DNA of 64,000 bases from Nitrospirota bacterium (GTDB lineage: Bacteria > Nitrospirota > UBA9217). Both the position numbers and the translations under genes were made by a program. Within the stretch, counting starts at the first letter, position 1; each line of letters begins with the position of its first letter. The notes below the pieces were generated by a model. It was not told where the DNA came from. It saw only the letters and a list, made by a program, of their open reading frames with translations, and did no database searches. Shown piece by piece: positions 8,151 through 18,493 of the stretch. The stretch covers positions 448,001-512,000 of the forward strand of contig CAWIYV010000007.1 in NCBI GenBank assembly GCA_963840455.1. The letters run 5' to 3'.

Positions 8151-10097
8151 TCACGGATGAGGCGCCTGCTGCTCCTCGGTCACTCGATTTTCCCGAAAGA
8201 TCTCATAGATGAGGTTCTTGAACGTGTCCCCGGACCCGTTCGGCCCCCCGTTCTCGGGCTGGAAATCGGGAACGAGCTTCTTGATCTTTTCCATGATCGC
8301 TCCCGAGAATCCCGCGGGGATGGCATGGAGCAGATCTTCGATGTCCTCCAGCGGCGACTTCCAGTCCTGCTGCTCACTGCCGGCTATCTTGATCTTGTCA
8401 TGGAGCGTCGCCTTGATCTCCTCGCCGGCCGTCAGGAGCTCTTCATAAAGCTTTTCGCCGGGCCGGAGACCGGTAAACGTGATCCTGATATCCTTGTCGG
8501 GTTCAAGCCCTGAAAGCCTGATCATGTCTCGGGCCAGATCGACGATCCGGACCGGCTCTCCCATATCGAGGAGAAACATCTCCCCTCCCCTCCCCATAGC
8601 GCCCGCCTGCATGATGAGCTGGACAGCCTCGGGGATGGTCATGAAATACCGGTAGATGTCCGGGTGCGTCACCGTCACAGGCCCGCCGCGCTCAATCTGG
8701 CGCCGGAACAGGGGGATCACGCTGCCCACGCTGTTCAGCACATTGCCGAACCGCACCGTCACGAACTTCGTCGTGCTCGTCTGGCCCAGGGACTGGCAGA
8801 CCATCTCGGCGAGACGCTTGCTCACGCCCATGATGTTCGTGGACCGCACGGCCTTGTCCGTGGACACCATCACGAACTTCTGCACCCCGTGGACCGCCGA
8901 GAGATAGGCCGTGTTCCAGGTGCCGAGAGCGTTGTTCCGCAGTGCCTCCACGGCATTCGATTCCATAAGCGGTACGTGCTTGTATGCCGCTGCGTGGAAC
9001 ACCACCTGGGGACGGTACTGCGCCAGGGTCTCTTCCATGCGGGGCTTGTTCAGAATATCGCCGATCACGGGTCGCACATCGGCGCCCGGGAACAGTTCCA
9101 GCAGGTCCATCTGGATCTGGTAGAGGTTGAACTCGTTCCGCTCGAACAGCACCAGCCGTTTCGGGCCGTAGCGCAGCACCTGGCGGCAGAGCTCGGAGCC
9201 GATCGATCCGCCCGCGCCGGTGATCATTACTGTCTTGCCGAGCAGGTACGCTTCGATAGACAAGGTGTCGAGCCTCACGGGTTTGCGCTGCAGCAGGTCC
9301 TCGATCCTGAAGTCGCGCAACTCCCGGACAGTCACGCTGCCGTTCAGGATCGAGTCAATGCTCGGCAGCGTCTTTGCCTTCACGCCTGCACGGGCGCAGG
9401 TCATCATAATGCGCCGCTTCGCCGCGCCGTGCGCGTGCGGGACCGCCAGGAAAACCATTTCGACCCCCTCGGACATCGCGATCCGGGGGATCTCCCGGGT
9501 GTTGCCGAGGACGCGGCAGCCGTGGATGCACAGGTTCCTCTTCTCCCGGTTATCATCGACGAATCCCACAGGATGATACGCCAAGCGGTAATTTCCGAGG
9601 ATCTCCCGCAGGATCATTTCTCCCGCCCTGCCCGCTCCCACGATGAGGACGTTCTTTGCCTCTTCTGCCCGGCCATTCATGCCGCCTGTCGAGAATCCGG
9701 TTCGGTAGAGACGATAGGCAAAACGGCTGCCGCCGATGAGGATGAGCGTAACGAACCAGTCAATGATAAAGACAGATCGGGGATAAACGCTTTCCTGGAC
9801 AAGGTAGAGCAGACTGACATACACGAGCGAACTGAGCGTAACGGCGCGGATGATCGAGAGTAGATCGCGGGCGCCCACGAACCGCCACATACCCTGGTAG
9901 AGGCCGCTGAACGCGAACACCGCGAGCCGAACCAGAATAACGAAAGGTAAAATAACCAGAATGTTATAGATATGGGGGTCGATGATCAGTGTTCCGAAGC
10001 GGAGCGAGTAGGAAAGGAATATCGAACAGGCGATCAGGACAGCATCGATGAGCATTACGATCATCTGTTTCAACCGGTTGTTCATCATGAAGACCAT
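8151..10097 (-). CDS. Membrane-bound UDP-GlcNAc 4,6-dehydratase (PglF/WbpM/CapD family)
   Basis: Four N-terminal TMs, GAGGSIGSEL, HAAAYKHVP, STDKAV, RFGNVL, GLRPGEKLYEEL; ATG 10097 has GAGGA upstream. Confidence 0.92.
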   Translation of the reverse strand: MVFMMNNRLKQMIVMLIDAVLIACSIFLSYSLRFGTLIIDPHIYNILVILPFVILVRLAVFAFSGLYQGMWRFVGARDLLSIIRAVTLSSLVYVSLLYLVQESVYPRSVFIIDWFVTLILIGGSRFAYRLYRTGFSTGGMNGRAEEAKNVLIVGAGRAGEMILREILGNYRLAYHPVGFVDDNREKRNLCIHGCRVLGNTREIPRIAMSEGVEMVFLAVPHAHGAAKRRIMMTCARAGVKAKTLPSIDSILNGSVTVRELRDFRIEDLLQRKPVRLDTLSIEAYLLGKTVMITGAGGSIGSELCRQVLRYGPKRLVLFERNEFNLYQIQMDLLELFPGADVRPVIGDILNKPRMEETLAQYRPQVVFHAAAYKHVPLMESNAVEALRNNALGTWNTAYLSAVHGVQKFVMVSTDKAVRSTNIMGVSKRLAEMVCQSLGQTSTTKFVTVRFGNVLNSVGSVIPLFRRQIERGGPVTVTHPDIYRYFMTIPEAVQLIMQAGAMGRGGEMFLLDMGEPVRIVDLARDMIRLSGLEPDKDIRITFTGLRPGEKLYEELLTAGEEIKATLHDKIKIAGSEQQDWKSPLEDIEDLLHAIPAGFSGAIMEKIKKLVPDFQPENGGPNGSGDTFKNLIYEIFRENRVTEEQQAPHP

Positions 10098-10429
10098 GAG
10101 CGGCACTTCCTCTACCAAGGATTGCTTGCGAAGAACGATTTTCCCGGGTTGTTTTTGAGGGAATAATCGCTGATCAACCATGACTCTAATTTTGTTCTGA
10201 GCACGATAATACTTAACTTAATCAGTAAAGTAAAGAATTTATATAGGGTATTTTTAGGGTATCCCACATTCCCATTCGCCCAACTCCGCATAGTGAAGAT
10301 ATTTGCTTATACACTCACCAAAAAGGAAGGAATGATAGCAACGTATTTTAGTATGTGATGTAAAGTGGGATCGTATAGAGGATACTCGGGCACTGACCGG
10401 ATGGTATAGAATCATTCACCATAGACCCG

Positions 10430-11583
10430 TCATTTCCTTACTGACCTAAGATGTACCTCCCTGATACTATCGATCACCCGGTTAAGGTCCTGGTCGGACA
10501 TTGCTGTCCCTGACGGCAGGCAAAGCCCCCTCGTGAAAAGGTCCTCTGACACGCTTCCTCCCCTCATCGGATACCCCTTGAATACCGGCTGAAGGTGCAT
10601 AGGCTTCCAAAGCGGGCGGGACTCGATGTTCTGCTCCTCCAGGGCCCGTCGCACAGCTTCGTGGCTGGCGCCAAAGAGATGGGGCGTTATCAGCATCACC
10701 GTCAGCCATCGGGTGCATTTACCGTACTCAGCCTCCGGCATGAACTCGATGCCGGGTAGACCGGACAATGCTTTATGATACTGATCGAAGATCCAGCGCT
10801 TCTTCTGCACGCGCTGGTCAAGCACCTTAAGCTGTCCCCTGCCGATGGCTGCGAGCACATTGCTCAAACGGTAGTTATACCCGATCTGCGTGTGTTCGTA
10901 GTGCGGCGCAGGGTCGCGCGCCTGCTGCGACCAGAATCGCGCCTGACTGATCAAAACCTCATCATCCGACGCCAGCATGCCGCCGCCTGATGTCGTGATG
11001 ATCTTGTTCCCGTTAAAAGAATAGATTGCCGCTTGTGCGCCTGCACCTGCAGCGCGGCCTTTTTATATGTGGCTCCAAGGGCCTCGGCTGCATCGATCAG
11101 AACCGGGATATCGTATTCAGAGCAAATATCGCTGATCCTGTCATGATCCGCGCATTGCCCGTAGATATCAGCCACGATAACGGCCTTCGGCAGGCGGTTC
11201 GTTTTGCCCCGCTGAATCAGCTCTTCCATCAGCAAGTTCGGGTCCATGTTCCAGGAAAAACGGTCCGAATCGATAAAAGTCAGCTTTGCACCCTGGAACA
11301 CAACGGGGCTCACACCACCTATGAACGTGAGGGATGGCGCAATGACCTCGTCGCCCGGACCAACGCCAAGGAAACGCAATGCGAGATGCAATGCCGCTGT
11401 GCCGCTGTTCAGCGCAACAGCGTGCGATATCCCGACCTTGTCGCAGAATTCCTTTTCAAAAGCGTCAACCTGCGGTCCAAGCGGTGCGATCCAATTGCTC
11501 TCAAAGGTCTCAGCAATGAACTGCTGTTCCTCTCCGCTCATATGGGGCGGTGAGAGGTAGATTCGCTGATAGCTATTTGCCAT
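10430..11583 (-). pseudogene. DegT/PglE-type sugar aminotransferase split by a frameshift (real or sequencing error)
   Basis: IYLSPPHM…DAAEALGATY in one frame; SFNGNKIITTSGGGML…LCLPSG in another; break at the T5 run 11060-11064. Confidence 0.85.
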
Positions 11584-11986
11584 TCTTCTTGGTTCGCCTT
11601 TTCACGATTTTGACGGGAACGCCGAAGGCAGTCGTATTAGCAGGGATACTTCGATTAACAAAGCTACAAGCACCGATAACGGCATTTTCGCCGACGATCA
11701 CGCCCGGCATGATCACTGAATGACTTCCGATCCTGCAATTGTTCTTCAGGATGATCGCTCCTTCCTTCCCGTCGATCGTCGATATCGAATAAATGGAGCA
11801 ATGTGAACCGATCTGCACGTCGTCCTCGATAGTAACGCCGTTTTTAGCGTTTATATAGGTAAAAGCTCCAATATCGGTTCGATCACCTAAATAAAACTTC
11901 TCCTTGTGTTTCACAATCCAATGATATATTGTGGGCTTCCCGTCTATGATCGTGGGTCTTTTCCACTTAGTAAACCGGTCTGTCAT
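11573..11986 (-). CDS. Short hexapeptide-repeat acyltransferase
   Basis: IGSHSVIMPGVIVGENAVIGACSFV and GVPVK left-handed beta-helix motifs. Confidence 0.85.
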   Translation of the reverse strand: MTDRFTKWKRPTIIDGKPTIYHWIVKHKEKFYLGDRTDIGAFTYINAKNGVTIEDDVQIGSHCSIYSISTIDGKEGAIILKNNCRIGSHSVIMPGVIVGENAVIGACSFVNRSIPANTTAFGVPVKIVKRRTKKNGK

Positions 11987-11991
11987 ATGTT

Positions 11992-12612
11992 TTATCCGTT
12001 TCCTTTGAATTTTTCCATCGTGGCATGCTCGTACTGAGTGATCCCTTCCCTTTTGAACACCTTTACCAGAGTCAGCCAGAGGATTTTCAGATCCAGCCAG
12101 ACGGACTGGTTATCAACGTACCAGACATCCAGTTCGAACTTTTCTTCCCAGCTTATCGCGTTGCGACCGTTCACCTGTGCCCACCCCGTAATACCGGGGA
12201 GTACTTCATGGCGGCGGGCTTGTACCGCTGAGTACAGAGGAAGATATTCCATTAACAGAGGACGAGGTCCGACGAGGCTCATATCACCGATAAGCACGTT
12301 GAAAAGCTCCGGCAGCTCGTCCAGACTGGTGCTCCGGAGAAATGCGCCGAATTTCATCAGACGTTGTTCGTCGGGAAGTAAATTACCCTGCTCATCCCAC
12401 GCATCAATCATAGTCCGAAATTTGAAGAGCATGAAGGGACTTCCATGCAGTCCAGGACGCTCCTGGCGAAACAAAACCGGAGAACCAATGAATAGACGGA
12501 TCAGTACAACCAGCAAACCCAATACAGGGAGCATTAGTAAAAGCCCTATTCCTGTCCCAACGAAGTCAAATAGTCGTTTCCTATCCATAGTGATCATCTC
12601 ATGCTGTTCCAA
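11992..12612 (-). CDS. Initiating phosphoglycosyltransferase (PglC-like)
   Basis: KRLFD, FKFRTM, SLDELPEL, GDMSLVGPRP, PGITGWAQVNGR. Confidence 0.93.
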   Translation of the reverse strand: MEQHEMITMDRKRLFDFVGTGIGLLLMLPVLGLLVVLIRLFIGSPVLFRQERPGLHGSPFMLFKFRTMIDAWDEQGNLLPDEQRLMKFGAFLRSTSLDELPELFNVLIGDMSLVGPRPLLMEYLPLYSAVQARRHEVLPGITGWAQVNGRNAISWEEKFELDVWYVDNQSVWLDLKILWLTLVKVFKREGITQYEHATMEKFKGNG

Positions 12613-13830
12613 TTGCAGCCTGTTTAATCACATCTAACAATTTGTCAGCCAACATGTTCCGGTTAAACCGGGTTTCACCTAACACTACCGCAACTGCAGC
12701 GGCTTTTCGCAGGCGGGATTCATTTTTCAAAAAGTCGCATAGCATCCGAGCAGCCTTTTCAGGATCCTCAGGAGGGACGACAATCCCCGCACCCGTTTCT
12801 TCAAGCAACTCTGCCTGCCAACCCCGGTAGTTAATCAGCACAGCCCGACCTGCTGCCAGAGCATCAAAAAATTTATTTGCAGAGTTATTCCACATTTCAG
12901 GTATGTTGACAAAGAGCGAAGTAACAAACGTACTTGCTGAAAGAAGCCCGGGCATGTCCCGTTTTGAGACAGGAGGAATAATCCAAAGATTTTTTTCCAA
13001 TACCTTTTTCGCGAGTGCACGTCGCAAAATATATTCCTTCTGCCCACCGTCACCAGCAATGAGAAACCGTACGGTAGGATCAACACGTATCATGCTGTCA
13101 GCGATATCAACCAGGTAATCGACTCCATTAATTTGGCCCAACGTTCCAGCATAGGTTATCAGGGCACTCCCCTGTAAGTAAGGATGCCGTGCCAAAAAAT
13201 CCTTTCCGTCCTCTTCAGGAACTCTGAACAGCTCGATATCGCAGCAGTTAGGAATAACGGTTACCTGCTTGGGCTTGTATCCTGTATGGACAATTCCATC
13301 CCTCATGCCGGGAGACAGAGCGACAATATGCGCGGAGTTTCTGTATGCCGATTTCTCGAGTAGCTTTGCCAGCCACTTCGCCACGGGATTCCGTAAGGCA
13401 CCTGCAGCAATCGGCAGTTCCGGCCACAGATCCCGCACTTCAAACACCATAGGACAGTGATGAGAAATCTTCGCAGCTATGCCCGGGATGGCAATGGTTA
13501 ATGGTGTGCTCGTAGCGAAAACAACATTTACGTTTTTGACATTGACAGCTTCGATGACAGCGCGCATAGCGAAGTTGACAAATGAAAGCATGCGCTTTCA
13601 TAGGAAAGCTTGTTTGAATATGGGACGCAGATGACTTTAAGATCGATCCCATCCATTGAAAGATCCGTGACCCTTTTTTGAAATCTGTATCGTAACGGAA
13701 AAAAAGCACCCGAGGTTATCATCGTAACGTTATGGCCTGCCTTTACGAATCGACGTGCCATTTCGTACGAGCGGGTTCCTCCGGAACCATCAGGAGGGAC
13801 AAAATATTGGTGGAGATAGAGAATATGCAT
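12599..13830 (-). pseudogene. GT4 glycosyltransferase split by a frameshift (real or sequencing error)
   Basis: MHILYLHQYF…GGTRSYE…YSNKLSY continues as RMLSF…FEVRDLWPE…ANKFFDALAAG in another frame; break near TTT 13596-13598. Confidence 0.85.
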
Positions 13831-14092
13831 ATATTCTTATTCGCAGTAATCGCCACGTGAGGCCGACGAATCCGCATCACCAATAATGGAAGTTAGCTTT
13901 TCGTTAGCAGCACATCATCACGCAAAGAGCAGACATCTTCTAAGTTATATTGCATAAATAATTATTAAAACATCATGAACCACTTGAGAAATAAATTATT
14001 TCATAATTGTTGACCTTCAAATAAAAGCAGAATGGTAGCAACCGCACAGATATTATTCAATTGTTTCATCGCAATCGATTCCAAGGTTAGCA

Positions 14093-14977
14093 TCAACTAG
14101 CGAAAAATTCTTTGTATATGTAGTCGTATGTGTTACTCAAATATTTTCCGATCATCCTATTTTTTATGAAACTGGTTGTGGAATGTTCATTATGATTCAC
14201 TACTATCCTAGGATCGTACTGTACTTTAAGACTTAATCGTCTTACGGTTTCGGCAATAAATATTTCTTCTCCAAAAAGAAATGAGCCATGGTTCAAATTC
14301 CCTCCCGCATCAAAATAACTCCGATGAAATATAATAAATGAACCGTGTGGTGCATAAATATTTATTCGTAGTTCTTCTTTGGAGGTTGTTTTTTTAGGAA
14401 GACTTAAATTTGTATTTTTCCTAATTAATGATAATAATTGATAAAATAGAGATAGCGGATAGTAACGAAATATAGTTTTATAAAAAAGAATTCTGCTTTT
14501 TGCAGGTCGGTACTTCATAAAAGGATTTTGATCCGATGCTGCTTGAAGAGAATGGATTTTAGGCGCTACAATGCCATAAAAACCGGAAGGATAGAATTCA
14601 AACAATTTACTAAAAATGGCAGAATCAGGAAATACAATGTCTGTATTGGAAACGATGATCCATTCTGGCAATTTACTGGTCAACAAATATTGACTCAAGC
14701 CCCATGATGCTGCACCAAAATACCCCAGATTCTTCTCAGGATGTAGTAATTGTATTCGTGAATCTTTTGGCAGCAGAAGTTTAAGAGCATCATTTCCAGA
14801 ATTGCTATTGTCTATTACTAGCAAATTTAAATTATGAGTTGACTGCAGAGACAGTATATGATCAGAAAAGTCAATAGTATCTTTGTTGTTATTATAATTT
14901 ACACATATCACCAGAAGTTGCCTATTTTCCTTCACTTGACTTGTCGTCATCAACAAAATTCCCATTTGAATCATCAT
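14093..14977 (-). CDS. Glycosyltransferase family 2
   Basis: ICVNYN, VIDNS, NLGYFGA, SNTD, FLFGEE motifs; start codon uncertain. Confidence 0.85.
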   Translation of the reverse strand: MMIQMGILLMTTSQVKENRQLLVICVNYNNNKDTIDFSDHILSLQSTHNLNLLVIDNSNSGNDALKLLLPKDSRIQLLHPEKNLGYFGAASWGLSQYLLTSKLPEWIIVSNTDIVFPDSAIFSKLFEFYPSGFYGIVAPKIHSLQAASDQNPFMKYRPAKSRILFYKTIFRYYPLSLFYQLLSLIRKNTNLSLPKKTTSKEELRINIYAPHGSFIIFHRSYFDAGGNLNHGSFLFGEEIFIAETVRRLSLKVQYDPRIVVNHNEHSTTSFIKNRMIGKYLSNTYDYIYKEFFAS

Positions 14978-14980
14978 TAA

Positions 14981-15961
14981 TTAATTTAGCAGTAGGTCTT
15001 GAGCAATACTGTTGAGCCCATTTGAGTATTTAAAGTATTTCAACATAACAGTTTCTCTGAGTATTGCAGGTATTCTCAGTACTTTGTTTTTAGGCAAAGT
15101 TACTCTTGTATAAATATGATTTCTTTTCTTCTGTAAAACATTAAATAAAGAAGAAGCATTGTGAAGACTATAGTAGGCCTGACAATCTAGCCTTTCTTTC
15201 AAGGTATCAAGGCGATCCAAAAGTATTTCCAGGATCATGTCGTTTCGTCTTTTTTTTGCTCGTTCTATCCTGAGAAAAAAGCCGATATTTTCTGCTCCAA
15301 TTTGGTTGTTGTTGTGCTGACGATACTTGATAAGCGGTTGATTTATCACGTCTAGATATGAGACGGCACTGAGAAGATAAGAAATCCATCCATCATGAAC
15401 CCAGCATTCAGGAATCGGTAAAATAAGGTTCTTGAACGACAACCGAAACGCCATTGTAGAGCCAGTAACAAAGCTACCACGCATAATCAGCAAATTGGGA
15501 GCCGCCGAAGTGACGATATTTTTTTGAATATTGGCGGTCAAGCCAAGGCTATCCCACAGGCTATATCCCATCGAGTGAAGGCTTTCATCTACAATATCAG
15601 CATTGGAAAAAACGGCAGCAACCTCAGGTCTTTTGTTTAATTTTTCTTCCAAGAATCGCAGTTTTTCTTGGGCCCATACATCATCTTGGTCTGATAAGGC
15701 AATATAATTGCCAGTGCAAAGTCCTATGGCCCTTTCAAAATTTTTCGTAACGCCTAAACGCGTATCATTGATATAAATCTTTACTGTAAAATCGACTTTC
15801 TTCGCAAATTCTTCGATAAGAGCAACTGTATTATCTGTTGAACAGTCATCGCAAATTATCAATTCATCGGGAATTCGATCTTGTTGAGCGATACTTTCAA
15901 GTTGTTCACTTATGAACTTTGCGCCATTGTAGGTGCAAAGGGCAATCGACATCATATTCAT
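14981..15961 (-). CDS. Glycosyltransferase family 2 (rhamnosyltransferase-like)
   Basis: SIALCTYNG, DDCSTD, LSDQDDVW, HDGW, YRQH. Confidence 0.9.
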   Translation of the reverse strand: MNMMSIALCTYNGAKFISEQLESIAQQDRIPDELIICDDCSTDNTVALIEEFAKKVDFTVKIYINDTRLGVTKNFERAIGLCTGNYIALSDQDDVWAQEKLRFLEEKLNKRPEVAAVFSNADIVDESLHSMGYSLWDSLGLTANIQKNIVTSAAPNLLIMRGSFVTGSTMAFRLSFKNLILPIPECWVHDGWISYLLSAVSYLDVINQPLIKYRQHNNNQIGAENIGFFLRIERAKKRRNDMILEILLDRLDTLKERLDCQAYYSLHNASSLFNVLQKKRNHIYTRVTLPKNKVLRIPAILRETVMLKYFKYSNGLNSIAQDLLLN

Positions 15962-16052
15962 GATTATTGCTTCTCCTTCAATGCATCATTTCTTATGTTT
16001 TACATCTGCTTGCGATATAGGTCAAGAATCGAATAACCGCTCAAGTATCTCT

Positions 16053-17333
16053 TTAGGCCAGAATCTTTTGTTTATCGGTTATGTCTTTGTTTTTCGCTTT
16101 CAACAACCTATCAAGAATGAGCATTACAGCACCAAATATAACACCTTGAACAAAAAGAGCATGCCAATAGTAGAGTTCAAACCATCCCAAAGGCAACCCG
16201 GATACAAAAAAAGAGAAAATAATTGTTATCCATTTATTATTGAAAGTACTGGACATCCAAAATAGAATATAAATTGTGAGGCTCAGTAGTAATAGATACG
16301 CGATAGAGAAGTAACCTCCAAGAAAGAGATAAACGGTTCCAATCAAGGTGTGTACGTTCGAACCCTGACGTATGTCATTTTTCATGAGGTCAATAACAGA
16401 ATAATAACTCGTTAAATTGTCAACACGAGTCCATCCAAAGAGATGACGAAGGCTATTATAAATTGGAGCGATAATTACAGTTTGTTGTTCATCTGGAACT
16501 GTAAGCCCATTTTTAAATGCGTCGCCAAATGATAGAACCCCGGAAAACAAATACGAGATGAAGTGTCTTGATAATGCTTCGTAGACATTGAGATCTGCTA
16601 ACACTTCAGTACTGTTCTCCAGACCAATGTAGCCAATTAAATAAACCATCATAAATATCAAATAGAAGGCAGCGACTGTAAGCAAAATTGATTTTACTCT
16701 TATGCGAAATGTACCTGTGATCGCTCGATAAATAATACCTGCTAATATTGGTATGATAATAATACCTTTTACTTGGTTAATTAACAGCAATAACAACGAT
16801 ATCATAATCGTAATATTAATAATAAGTTTCTTCCTTTGTGTTGTTCCAATCAAATAGGAAACCAAAAAGATTGAAAATGCGCGTGTCCAGCCCTGCAAAC
16901 CTTCCGAAAAATCCCGCTGGAATTCTTCTGTTGATATGTAAAGTAGCCCCTCCCGATTTATTATACTCGTTAAGCCGTAAATATTAATAGAGGCTGTTAG
17001 CAAGGCGAGAGCAACAGGCGTATGCTCTTTTGAATCAAAACCGTTCAGTTTGGCCTTCATTAGACCTTCGGCTATCGTAGTACCGGTTGCCATTTTTACT
17101 AGTAAACTCCCCTGCCAAAATATGAACAAGCCGATTATCCATACAAGTATAGACTCAGTGTACAGTGGAATAAAGCCCAGCGTAGGCGCGAAGAAGAATG
17201 CCATGAAGACTACAATGCAGTAAGGAATTGATAAAAGATTTACCGGAGTAAACCATGAAGAGTAGAATTTGTACTCCGCTACGGTTATAAAGATAACTTC
17301 AAACAACAATATTAATAGTATTAACCAGCTCAT
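16053..17333 (-). CDS. wzy: Putative polysaccharide polymerase Wzy
   Basis: 426 aa, ~10-11 hydrophobic segments with one large loop (SNVHT), AT-rich, located among GTs and wzx. Confidence 0.7.
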   Translation of the reverse strand: MSWLILLILLFEVIFITVAEYKFYSSWFTPVNLLSIPYCIVVFMAFFFAPTLGFIPLYTESILVWIIGLFIFWQGSLLVKMATGTTIAEGLMKAKLNGFDSKEHTPVALALLTASINIYGLTSIINREGLLYISTEEFQRDFSEGLQGWTRAFSIFLVSYLIGTTQRKKLIINITIMISLLLLLINQVKGIIIIPILAGIIYRAITGTFRIRVKSILLTVAAFYLIFMMVYLIGYIGLENSTEVLADLNVYEALSRHFISYLFSGVLSFGDAFKNGLTVPDEQQTVIIAPIYNSLRHLFGWTRVDNLTSYYSVIDLMKNDIRQGSNVHTLIGTVYLFLGGYFSIAYLLLLSLTIYILFWMSSTFNNKWITIIFSFFVSGLPLGWFELYYWHALFVQGVIFGAVMLILDRLLKAKNKDITDKQKILA

Positions 17334-17412
17334 AGTGTTCTTTGTATGGCGAATGTCAGAATAATGGGGATTTGCAAAGTTTTAAGCCAAATCAGTTATT
17401 GATTATATTAAT

Positions 17413-18466
17413 CGCGGATTCTATCTCGAAGTGCAACGGCTTGAGGCCGCGACCTCCGTTGGCGTTCTGTAGCCGAGGCATTTCCTCGGTCGGCTGTTTA
17501 GCAGATATTCAATCCGGGCTATTTGCTCGGATGTGATTGTACGGAAGTCGGTTCCCTTTGGCAAGTACCAGCGAATGAGGCCATTAGCGTTCTCATTCGT
17601 GCCCCGCTCCCAGGACGCATAGGGCCGAGCAAAGTAGCATCTGATTCCCAGTCTGGCCGAGAGCGCCTCGTGTTTGGCATTCTCGGTCCCGTTGTCCAGC
17701 GTGAGGGTCTGGCGCCCTTTGGCCGGAAGCTTCTTGAGCCGATCGATGACTACCTGATTCGTCTCGTCAGCGCCCTTTCTGGACAGCTTGGTGATGAGGA
17801 CAAGGCGACTCTTACGTTCGACCAGGGTGTTGAGTGCTGCTTTACTCTTTCGGGAGATGAGGCTGTCTCCCTCCCAGTGACCGTACTGGCGACGGCTCTC
17901 TACGGACTTCGGTCGGGTATCAATCGGAATCCTATTGGGAATCGTGGTTTTTCTCACTTTTCTGCCGATGCTCTTGTTCTTCCGCTTTTTGTGGGCTCGG
18001 CGCAGCAACTGGATCATCTCCAGACGATCTGGATTCTGGGGATGATAGATGTACTGATAGATGGCCTCGTGGTTGATGGATTCTCCCGGATGGTCAAGCC
18101 GGATCCTCCCAGAGATCTGCTCCGGGGACCATCCCTTAGCGAGGCCGGCCTTTACATACTGCCGGATAAGGTCGTTTTTCAGACGCTCGTGCTTATTGGC
18201 CTCCGTCTTTCGCTCGCAGGCCCGAGCGTGTGCCCGACAGGGAACATAACGTCGCCGCTCCGGTGGAGAGTTGCGGTTGAGCTCCCGCGAGATAGTGCTT
18301 TTGTCTCGGCCCACAGCTTTTGCAATATCGCCGAGGCTGGAACCTCCTGAGAGCAAGTTGGCGATGATCTCTCTTTCCTCTTGGCTCAGGTGCTTATAGG
18401 GTTTTGGCATAGACACTTAGAGTAGCATGGCTACCCCAAGTGTTGCACTTCGCTATAGAACTCGCG
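17413..18466 (-). mobile_element. IS30-family insertion sequence, copy A (1054 bp)
   Basis: 25-bp imperfect IRs at 17413-17437 and 18442-18466 (21/25 match); flanking 3-bp direct repeat AAT (17410-17412, 18467-18469). Confidence 0.92.
17421..18410 (-). CDS. IS30-family transposase
   Basis: HTH (GRDKSTISRELNRN), WSPEQI, GHWEGD, TLDNGTE, WERGTNENANGLIR, RPRKCLGY. Confidence 0.95.
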   Translation of the reverse strand: MPKPYKHLSQEEREIIANLLSGGSSLGDIAKAVGRDKSTISRELNRNSPPERRRYVPCRAHARACERKTEANKHERLKNDLIRQYVKAGLAKGWSPEQISGRIRLDHPGESINHEAIYQYIYHPQNPDRLEMIQLLRRAHKKRKNKSIGRKVRKTTIPNRIPIDTRPKSVESRRQYGHWEGDSLISRKSKAALNTLVERKSRLVLITKLSRKGADETNQVVIDRLKKLPAKGRQTLTLDNGTENAKHEALSARLGIRCYFARPYASWERGTNENANGLIRWYLPKGTDFRTITSEQIARIEYLLNSRPRKCLGYRTPTEVAASSRCTSR

Positions 18467-18493
18467 AATGTTTAGTAAAACGCCATTAGATGA

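Noticed and set aside
10244-10263. TAGGGTAT direct repeat upstream of the pglF-like gene
   Set aside because: Only two 8-bp copies in AT-rich DNA; could be chance.
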